Positions 54,145-64,000 of a stretch of DNA of 64,000 bases are shown here, one piece after another; within the stretch, counting starts at the first letter, position 1, and each line of letters opens with the position of its first letter. The notes under the pieces are model-generated. The model made no database searches. It was not told the DNA's origin and saw only the letters and a program-made list of their open reading frames with translations. A program made the translations under genes and the position numbers. Origin of the DNA: Stegostoma tigrinum (taxonomy: Eukaryota); NCBI RefSeq assembly GCF_030684315.1, contig NC_081397.1:9300001-9364000 (forward strand), written 5' to 3'.

Positions 54145-55940
54145 AGGTATAGGTATTTAAGAAATAAAAGAATGAGGAAAGTAAGATTAGGCCAAATCAA
54201 GGATAGTAGTGGTAAGTTGTGTGTGGAGTCAGATGAGATAGGGGAAGCGCTAAATGAATATTTTTCAACAGTGTTCACTCTAGAAAATGACAATGTTATC
54301 GAGGAGAATACTGAGATACAGCCTATGAGACTAGGTGGGATTGAGTTTCACACGGAAGAGGTATTAGAAATTCTTCAGAAGGTGAAGATAGATAAGTCCC
54401 CTGGGCCGGATGGGATTTATCCTCTGATCCTCTGGGAGGCCAGGGAGGAGATTGCCGAGCCTTTGGCATTGATCTTTAACTCGTCATTGTCTACAGGAGT
54501 AGTGCCAGATGACTGGAGGATAGCAAATGTGGTTCCCCTGTTCAAGAAGGGGAGTAGAGACAACCCTGGTAATTATAGACCACTGAGCCTTACCTCAGTT
54601 GTTGGTAAAGTGTTGGAAAACAATATAAGGGATAGGATTTATAATCATCTAGAAAAGAATAAATTGATTAGGGATTGTCAGCGCGGTTTTGTGAAGGGAA
54701 GGTTGTGCCTCACAAACCTTATTGAGTTCTTTGAGAAGGTGACCAAACAGGTAGATGAGTGTAAACTGGTTGATGTGGTGTATATGGATTTCAGCAAGGA
54801 ATTCGATAAGGTTCCCCACAAGAGGCTATTGTACAAAATGCGGAGGAATGGAATTGTGGGAGATATAGCAGTTTGGATCGGAAATTGGCTTGCTGAAAGA
54901 AAAGAGGGTGGTAGTTGATGGGAAATGTTCATCCTGGAGACCAGTTACGAGTGGTGTACCGCAAGGGTCGGTGTTGGGTCCACTGCTGTTTGTCATTTGT
55001 ATAAATGACCTGGATGAGGGCGTAGAAGGATGGGTTAGTAAATTTGCAGACGACACTAAGATCGGTGGAGTTGTGGATAGTGACGAAGGATGCTGTATGT
55101 TGCAGAGAGACATCGATAAGCTGCACAGCTGGGCTGAGAGGTGGCAAATGGAGTTTAATGCAGACAAGTGTGAAGTGATGCACTTTGGTAGGAGTAACCG
55201 GAAGGCAAAGTACAGGCCTCATGGTAAGATTCTTAGCAGTGTAGATGAGCAGAGAGATCTCAGTGTCCATGTACACAGATCCTTGAAAGTTGCCACCCAG
55301 GTTGACAGGGCTGTTAAGGCGGCATACAGTGTTTTAGCTTTTATTAATAGTGGGATTGAGTTCCGGAACCAAGAGGTTATGGTGAAGCAGTACAAAACTC
55401 TGGTGCGGCCGCACTTGGAGTACTGTGTACAGTTCTGGTCACCGCATTATAAGAGAGGATGTGGAAGCTTTGTAAAGGGTGCAGAGGAGATTTACTGGGA
55501 TGTTGCCTGGTATGGAGGGAAGGTCTTACGAGGAAAGGCTGAGGGACTTGAGGCTGTTTTTATTAGAGAGAAGAAGGTTGAGAGGTGACTTAATTGAAAC
55601 ATATAAAATAATCAGAGGGTTAGGTAGAGTGGATAGGGAGAGCCTTTTTCCTAGGATGGTGACGGCGAGCACGAGGGGGCATAGCTTTAAATTGAGGGGT
55701 GAAAGATATAGGACAGATTTCTGAGGTAGTTTCTTTACTCAGAGTAGTAAGGGAATGGAACGCTTTGCCTGCATCAGTAGTAGATTTGCCAACTTTCGGT
55801 ACATTTAAGTCGTCATTGGATAAGCATATGGACGTACATGGAATAGTGTAGGTTAGATGGGCTTGAAATCGGTATGACAGGTCGGCACAACGTCGAGGGC
55901 CGAAGGGCCTGTACTGTGCTGTTATGTTCTATGTTCTATG
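54145..55940 (+). mobile_element. 5'-truncated CR1 LINE with an intact 3' end
   Basis: [35 protein letters not shown]. Terminal gggccgaagggcctgtactgtgctgt plus (TTCTATG)n. Confidence 0.93.
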
Positions 55941-56016
55941 AATAGTGAAGCACATTAAATGGACGGAGTGGCTTTGCTCTAACTGAGAGTGAAGGGAATA
56001 GGGAAATGACCAATTT

Positions 56017-56225
56017 CTAACAAGGTGTCGAGCTGGATGAACATAGCAGGTCAAACAGCAACAGAAAAGCAGGAAGGCTGACGTTTCGGGCCTGGAGCCA
56101 TTTCAGAGAGAAGGGTCGAGGCCTGGAATGTCAGCCTTCCTGCTCCTCTGATGCTGCTGGGCCTGCTGTGTTTATCCAGCTCAAACCTTGTTATCTCAGA
56201 TTCTCCAGCGTCTGCAGTTCCGACT
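56017..56225. repeat. Palindromic Penelope-derived mini-element, degenerate
   Basis: Inverted gagctggatgaaca / tgtttatccagctc arms and tail ttctccagcgtctgcagttcc. Confidence 0.75.
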
Positions 56226-56269
56226 GACAATGACCAAATGATGTTTGTTTCTGGGGAGCATTGTGAAGT

Positions 56270-56515
56270 GCAGCGCATGCGTGATGTTGTTTCTGCGCGC
56301 CGCCCCCCCTCCCAAAACCGCCAAAAGGCAACAAAAAAGCTGCTTGTTGTGACTGGAGGAGCGCATGCGTGAGGTCCTCCCCCAGCGCTGCCATTGAGGA
56401 GCATTGAGTCAGTGAGTGGGAGAGGTTTGTTTGAGACAGGCCGCAATGGAGAGACCAGCGCACAGGGAAGCGAGGGAACAGCAGGCTCCTTCCAGCAGCG
56501 CATCGAGATGTGAGT
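56270..56515 (+). promoter_or_regulatory. CpG-rich NRF1-type promoter with a putative non-coding first exon
   Basis: GCGCATGCGT at 56273-56282 and 56361-56370. Donor GTGAGT at 56510-56515. Confidence 0.55.
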
Positions 56516-56888
56516 CTGGGACACAGAGGGGGCTCCGAGACCGGCATTGATTCGGGCTCAGTTCAGGGAGAACCGGGGGCTGTTGGTAAGAGGCGGAGCG
56601 GAGCAGAGCAGGAACTGGTCCCGGAACTTGGAGTGAGCGGCCTGGGCCTGGGGGCGGGGAGAGAGAGGCCTTTCTCGGGCTGTGTGTGGGCCTGCTGAGG
56701 GAGACACAGCGGCAAGAAGCTGTTGCTGGGGTTCAGGCTTGTGATATTTAATTCTCCGAACGCTGATGGTAATTCATCGTTTAGCTTCTGTTTTACGTTG
56801 TTTGTTGCGAATTGGCATTGAATCGTAAAGAAGTCACAGTCCATGCAAACGTGTTAATCATGTAAAGGATAAACACAGCACTCGTATT

Positions 56889-57018
56889 AGAGATAATGGG
56901 AACTGCAGATGCTGGAGAATCCGAGATAATAAAACGTGAGGCTGGATGAACACAGCAGGCCAAGCAGCATCTCAGGAGCACAAAAGCTGACGTTTCGGGC
57001 CTAAACCCTTCATCAGAG
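56889..57018 (-). mobile_element. Single-arm Penelope-derived mini-element with an intact hammerhead motif and a 12-bp TSD
   Basis: agcactcgtatt is present at 56877-56888 and 57019-57030. The minus strand reads CTGATGAAGGGTTTAGGCCCGAAACGTC. Empty site at 36546-36557. Confidence 0.9.
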
Positions 57019-57323
57019 AGCACTCGTATTTTTTTTAGTGCCTGTTGTTCTTCCCTTAAATAGGTAGTGTATTGGGAGCTGGGTATTGAAATGTGTAAAC
57101 ATTCAGTTCAAGGACTGTACAGGTGTTGGTTAGTTTTTGTATCTTAATAAATTGTTTTAGAATTTTGCACAAAGAAAGATGAGGAGGAGTCCAGGTAAAT
57201 TATCGAGCCAAGTGTTCTCTGTTTGAATTGTTGGCTTTAAAACAAGGAAGTATTGTGAGTATTAATTAAATTTTGCCTTGATCAGTTCTAATATTTTCAA
57301 AATTGTTGGATGTTAATTTACAG

Positions 57324-57425
57324 GAGAATTCTGTTCTTTCTTCCTCCAGGCAAATACTTGATGGGCCAAGACTGTGTCATATTTCATCAGTACAGCATCT
57401 ACCAGCTGCTCCAACCAAACAGCAG
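57324..57425 (+). other. Putative non-coding exon (member of a five-copy family)
   Basis: tttacag| ... aacagcag|gtatgt. Paralogs at 62288-62395(+), 31629-31734(-), 6912-7018(-) and 1521-1628(-). Confidence 0.45.
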
Positions 57426-57949
57426 GTATGTTAGCACTGTCAGAGTGGAGAATTTACTTTCCACAGTCATAGGGGTGAGACTTGCACTGAGCTCAAATTC
57501 CAGATATATACATTCAATCCAAGGGTCAAACAACATCAACAAAATACAAACGTATCTCTTTCCCCATAAACCGGTGCAGTTCCAGTAAAGTTCATCTTTG
57601 AAAGTCCATTGTCTCTTTTAAGCATTTGAAGAGGGATCAATTGAATCTTCTTCACAAATATATGTTCACTAACTGCATTGAATGCATGTTGAGGAAGGGC
57701 ATTTTTAAAGTTACAGTCAAGGTATGTAAATAGTTCAAGTTGTCCTTGTAACAATGTAACCATATATGGAGTGGATATTGGGTACAGACATGGAAGGAAA
57801 CTTTACCTGTTATCAGTGACTGAGGAAGACAAATAATAAAGAGAAGATTCTGGAAAAGCACAGCAGGTCTGGCAGCATCTGTGATGAGAAATCAGAGTTA
57901 ATGTTTCAGGCCTGGTACGCTTCCTCAGTTCTGAACAAAGGCCACCAGA

Positions 57950-58310
57950 TCTGGGAGGCATTGACTTCGTGGTCGTATCACTGCACTGTTAATGCAGAGA
58001 CCAGACAACATTCTGGGGACATGGTTTCGAACACCCCACAGCAAATGGCGGAATTTGAATTCAATAAAGATCTGGAATTAAGAATCTAATGATGACAATG
58101 AGTCCATTGTCTGTCAGGAAAAAGAATCCATCTGGCTCACTTGTTTCCTTGAGGGAAGGAAACTGGCATGCTTACCTGGTCTGGCCTACGTGAGACTCCA
58201 GACCCACAGCAATGAGGTTGACTCTGAACTGCTCTCTGGGCAATTAGGTGCAGGCAATAAATGCAAGCTGAGACAGCAACACCATCATGCTGTGAATGAA
58301 TAAAAAATTA
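57950..58310 (+). mobile_element. Deu-SINE-like SINE
   Basis: gactccagacccacagcaatgaggttgactctgaactgc core and gaatgaataaaaaa tail. Confidence 0.65.
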
Positions 58311-61300
58311 CAGGTATTACTATTAGAAGAGAAGACGTTATTCTGACACAAGAGGGAGCATTTGTATGAACAACTGCGAGAAGGTTTGTGCGAGACAGTT
58401 TGAAGATTTGGAACAAACATTGAAGGGGATAGTAAGCTCCTGCAAGAACAAACAGATGAACTAATGGTTTGCATAAGTACCAGAGGATCAAACACATTCA
58501 TCAAATTACAGCCATGATTAATTCCAATCTCATTAATGAAAGGATATTGTCCCTTCGGGTGAACAGAGTTGGTTAGGGCAAGGGATGTGAATGATCCCAG
58601 ATGACAGTCAGCCTAGAATTTCATGAAAACAGCAGATAAGGCCATTATGCAGCAATTTGTTGTTTCTTTCATATTATTCATAGTATTAAGAAATACTTTT
58701 AAAGACTCTTCCGATAATTATGATGAAATCGAGAAATATATGCACATAATAAAATACAAATCACTAAAAGCATTTGGGGGAAAGCTTCAAATAGAGATGT
58801 TAACTAGTCTCCGGAGGCTTTCCTATATCAGAACAAGGTGCACGAAGCATTCCTTTAAAGGTGAATAATTAGTTCATGCCATTGCATAGTTACGCCAACC
58901 AGATGTGAAGTAGGTAATGAGTACAGATGTGGATGGAAACATTCACATCAGTAACTGAGCAGGATAGTATTAATCATTTGACCAACACATGTTCCAGACA
59001 GAGACAGGACAATTAAATAATGTGACGTTTAAATGCACACATCCTGTGTCAAAGCCTGACAGAGAATGCTTATTGAGTGCATGTGTTTTTTCGCTCTCAA
59101 AGTCTCACCACAAACACACTCTCAACATACACACGACAGTGGTTTACAATGACTTGCAAATACATACACGGCCCTGACATGTGCTAAACATGTACCAGGC
59201 ATGAAGATCAAATACACTGCAAGCCTCAGAGCATGTAACATTCAAAATTGCTTCTCCTCATGGATTTCAGATCAGAGAGCTACCTTTTCATAAGAGACAA
59301 ACAGTACCGAATGTGAGCGAAGGCATCCAATTCCCGTGCATTTAAATCCATGGTAATTGCCGTGGTCATAAACTAAATATCATTTGGTCGCTCCCTCAGA
59401 AGAAAAAAACTGTTGGATTTTGTGACAGAATTCTCATGAACTGCTCATGAAACCAACAGATACAAACTGATAACTGCACTCAAACATTCACGTGGCAGAA
59501 ACTAACATGAACAGATTGATGACTCAACTCACATATCGACATTGCAGAAAAGAGAGGTAGGGATGGCTGTCTGAATATATAAATGTCTTTTTCAATCAGT
59601 CTGTCAGTTTTAGATTTAATTCAGTTTCTGACTGAATTCAGTTTCTATGTTTATTAAGCATATTTTTCAAGTTACAATCCAGATGATCACTGTTACATTG
59701 TTTCAACAGTCTTCTTAGAGATCGATGTTTAATACAGATGTGGGAAATACTGCAGTCACCATGAGTCAACGAAATAAATGATGAATGATACTTAAGTTTA
59801 GTTGACCAATAACTGATCAGGACAGAATTGCTCCTTTGATAAATATTAATCCCATACATAAACACAACAAATAAATGACGTGAATTCCACATGCATTTTT
59901 AGTGTCAAAGCCTGACAAATAGAAAAATCAAGGAACTGCAGCTGATAGGAATCAGAAACAAAAGTAGAAGTTGCCGCAAAACCTCAGCAAGTCTGGCAGC
60001 ATCTGTGAAGAGAAATGAGTGTTCTGAAGAAGTGTCACAGGTCCCATAATATTAACTCTGCTTTGTCTCCATGTGGATGGACTGACCGACATAGGTACTG
60101 ACTGATCCAGAATTAGTTCAAAGCGCAAACGCCATAACTACAGATATGATGCAAGGACTAACAACTGTGGAGTTCCATTTAAACTCCAGCTAACAGAAAA
60201 TGATATACACAAAATGATTATCACTCACACATATGCAGTCATAGACATCTGCGACACAGAAAACAGTCCTGTCTCTCACTGAGTCTGTACTGGTTAGAAA
60301 CAACGAGGCAACAATTCTACATCCATTCAGCCAGCATTCAATTTCCATCAATATATCATGGTGGTAGAGGAACTACCATCCCTACCTTTATTGCCGGATA
60401 GTTGTCAGTTTTGTCACCGAGCAGAAATATATTTTTCTTTTATTCTGTCCTAAGCAGGAGGACTTTATAATCATGGACGTTTTTTTTTCTAATTAGCTTA
60501 AATATTATTCAAATAGCCCTGTGTTCCACATGACACTCCCTTTGAAGTATTACATCTCACACAATAGAAAACTAGTTGCCATTTTCTCAAATAAGGAACA
60601 CAATAAAAAGCCATTCTTCAAAACAGTGGAGAAAGAAGGATTTGGCCAAATCAGGTAGATAGTAAACATTCTCCTTTTTTTTTGTTTGCCAGGAGAGTTC
60701 AGCAATGTTTATTCTTCAGTAAATTTAGTTTGACTGTTGCAGTTTTCTCCACTGCATGACAGAAAATAAAAATTCTGTCTTCTTCCTCCCCACACAGCAA
60801 GGGTAATGTCTGAGCCACAAAATAAAATAGAAGTAAATAAGCCAATTTTCTTTCCTGCACAAGGAACATTGTGATCAGTCAGCTGCAATGCAGTTGATTT
60901 GTTCATGGCACTTTCCCTTTGGCTATAACATATTAAATTAATACCTTTACTTCAGTATTCCAAAACGTATGTCACTATGCAATATGAAACAATACTCATA
61001 TCAATACTCAATACTCATATCATACTCGAAGATGTCCCTTGATATCACCACTGCTGTTTAGACTCTAATATAGCAGTTGCAAAGGTCCGTTCCTTTTCCC
61101 TCCTCAACTCTGAAGAAAAGCCAACACTCATACTATTGCAATGTCCTGCATTTTCATCTGCCTGTGAAAGCTACACGCTCAAACAACTGAAGAACATACG
61201 GTCTTTCCCATTCACTACAGGAGAGATGACTTGAAAACTCTCTCCTCTCCCACTGTGGTAAATGGTTCTCCAATTTACAGGAAACATTTACACCGCTCAG

Positions 61301-63294
61301 TCGCATAATGCAGGAAGAGTGAAACAGGATCCATTGAGTGTGGCTGTCCATCTTGTTTCATCACAACAGCTCTTTTCAAAAAAACTCTCAGATGAATTCT
61401 GAGAATTTGCACATGAGAGCAGCCCTAGTCCTGAGTGTTAAATTTTATTTTCCAAGTTCTTCACAAAATAATCACGCTGGTCTGTGTTGACTGTCTGTCT
61501 AATTTTAACGGGCAACAGACTGAAACCTGCAGCCCCATTGAATAGCACATTCTGACAGGTAGAGAAGTAATTCCTATATACAGAAATTGTACCTGTGAAT
61601 GGAAGAAACAAGTAACAGAGAAGACCAAATAGGCAGCACCAGGTATTCTCCTTATTCATGCAATTAAGGACTTGAGGAAACTGATTTTCTGACACAACAA
61701 CGAATGCAGTGAGATGATGCCAATACACAATGCACAAACTCTTTTAAGAGCAACCTGAACCTCCCCCGTAAGTTCTGTAAGCTGCAGGGCTATGGGATGT
61801 GTGCAGGAAAATGGGATGGTGATGGCTGTCTGGTGTTGTTCGGGTCAGCATGGACATGATGAGCCACATGGATGCCTTCTGTGCTGGATCGTTTAAGTCA
61901 GTCTAGAGATCTGTGCCATTCTGTCCTTGTCAGTCTCTGCTGTGTAATACATAAATAATTTACCAAATTTGACAACAACGCTCTCACATTCGCCAAGTAG
62001 GAATTGACACGAATAAATCAATAACTAAACTCATATCCACAGACAGGTTTGTGTAAGGTAGATGCAGTCATGGAGCTGTGCAGGTTTTGGTTACTTTTGA
62101 GACCTCACTCAAATGGTGTTGATGTCATTAAAAATTATTAGACAAGAAGCAGCTCAGTGCAAGACTGGAATCTGACCCATAGTTATGTTAGAATTCCTGG
62201 TGATAAACAAAATATCCAAATGACTATTAGCAAAATGTTGCATTGATCAGTTAAATATTGTCAAACCCAACTGATGTTGGTTTACAGGAGCTATCTGTTC
62301 CGTCTTCCTACAGACAAACACTGGAAGGACCAGGACAATGTAACATTGCTTCAGATCAAAGCCAAGTGTGACCAGCTCATTATAATAAACAGCAGGTATG
62401 TTCCCACTGTCAGAGTAGAGAACATCCTTTCTACAGTCACAGAGCGGATCGAGTCAGTCACACATTGAGCTTAATTTCCAACAGATCTGTTCAAACCAAC
62501 AGTAAGACAGCACATAAAAAATGCAATTTTATTTTTCTTTGCTCTCCATTCAAAATGCCCAGTTCCAATAAGTTTCACCATTCATAGCCCATTGATATTT
62601 ACACCATTTTTAAGGTGGATAGACCTCCTTGTCCAAAGTATACACGCAGAAATTGAAGAAAATCTACATAAAATGACTCTAATAACATCTATCACCTTAT
62701 GAATCACATCTCAACCCATAAAATTACTGATTGCTGACAATTAAACCACTTTTAGAAGTAGAAAGCAACAAACATGGATCGATATCTAACCTTTCAGATT
62801 CATATTATGCAAACAGACCAAAAAAGATTGATGAGTCTCTCATATTGACTTTGCAGTAACTGACAGGTAAAGATTGATGAAAATATTCGCATAGCCAAAA
62901 CTGGCATGCACACATTAATAACCACGCTCACACTCACACAGCAAACTGACAGCAACTGAACAATAACTACGCTGTCATATCCACATTATCATATTGATGA
63001 TAACACTCTCAATTTCACAAAGCATGAAGTGATAGGTACAAATTTGTAACTGCACTCACATATCCGCAGATTTGAAAAATACTGACAGGCACAGTTTGAT
63101 CGTTGTCCTCAAATATTTGCAAAGTAGATTCTCATGGGTACATAATGATACATCAGTTTACTTTCAAATTGACAGAGAAGAAACTTTGAGATACAAGTTG
63201 CTGTACATGCACATTTCCATATCGAAGCAACTGACAGGAAAAGTTTGAAAATAACCTTGAAGATAGCAAGAATTGCAGATGCTGGAGCCAGCTT

Positions 63295-64000
63295 TCCCAG
63301 TTTCACGTGAAAAGGAGAATATTGTAGAGGAGAAGACTGAATTACACGCTACTAGAATTGAAAGGATTGAGGTGAGTAAGGAGGAAGTGAGATCAGTTCT
63401 ACAAGGTGTGAAGGTAGATAAATCCCCTGGGCCGGATGGGATTTTTCCGAGGATTGCCTGGGAAGCTAGGGAGGAGGTGGCAGAGCCCTTGGCCTTGATC
63501 GTTGAGGCCTCATTGTCTACAGGTTTAGTACCAGAGGACTGGAGGGTTGCAAATGTTGTGGCCTTGTTCAAGGATGGCAGTAGGAATGACCCAGGCAATT
63601 ATAGACCTGTGAACGTTGTGTCTGTTGTAAGAAAAGTTTTGGAAAGGATTATAAGAGAGAGGTTTTATAATCATCTAGCAAGCAACAATTTGATTGGAGA
63701 TAGTCAACATGGATTTGTCAAGGGCAGATCATGTCTCACAGACCTCATCGAGTATTTTTGAGAAGGTGACCAAGCATGTGGATGAAGGTAGGGCAGTTGA
63801 TGTGGTGTACGTGGACTTCAGTAAAGCCTTTGGTAAGTCTCCACATGGTAGGCGATTGAAGAAAATACGGAGGCTTGGGGTTGAGGGAGATTTAGCAGTT
63901 TGGATTAGAAACTGGCTTTCTGTAAGAAGGCAACGAGTGGTGGTTGATGGAAAATATTCAGCCTGGAGTCCAGTTACTGGTGATGTGCCTCAAGGATCTG
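63295..64000 (+). mobile_element. CR1 LINE ORF2 fragment running off the window
   Basis: KSPGPDGIFPR, NYRPV, SQHGFVKGRSCLT, YVDFSKAF. Confidence 0.92.

Larger units (their letters stand above)
56240..61140. repeat. Right arm of the inverted segmental duplication
   Basis: Reverse-complement paralog of 27830-31790 plus 36300-37130. Confidence 0.9.

Noticed and set aside
54120-54150. CR1 5' junction falling within a hammerhead arm
   Set aside because: A single 5'-truncation junction with an unrelated 3' flank; not evidence of targeting.
57324-57425. Coding potential of the repeated exon-like module
   Set aside because: Paralogs have lengths 106 and 107 or in-frame stops; no recognisable domain.
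61360-61400. acagctcttt resembling the U7 snRNA 5' end
   Set aside because: No AATTTGTCTAG Sm site and no 3' hairpin follow.

Overview
Eukaryotic DNA, not prokaryotic. The repeat content (CR1 LINEs, Deu-SINE-like elements, Penelope-derived repeats) and the histone sequences point to a cartilaginous fish, most likely a carpet shark (inference). The window holds a decaying replication-dependent histone cluster built from three copies of a unit H4(+) H3(+) H2A(-) H2B(-). It has 2 intact H4, 2 intact H2A and 2 divergent H2B ORFs, a truncated H3, H2A/H2B remnants and no H1. It also holds a C2H2 zinc-finger exon, a near-full-length CR1, a Tx1-clade LINE and nested segmental duplications: direct 3.6-6.5 kb vs 51.3-54.1 kb, and inverted 27.8-37.1 kb vs 56.2-61.1 kb. 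Four signals stand out. (1) Many tiny, often palindromic, hammerhead-ribozyme-bearing Penelope-derived inserts have 12-16 bp TSDs, with empty sites inside the window. (2) A two-tailed Tx1 structure has both poly(A) ends abutting nearly the same position of a hammerhead motif, which suggests a LINE that targets another retroelement's ribozyme. (3) A duplicated NRF1-type promoter is paired with a five-copy non-coding exon family. (4) An intact H2A ORF has a stem-loop mutation at the SLBP-recognised G. Repeat boundaries were estimated by eye and are approximate.
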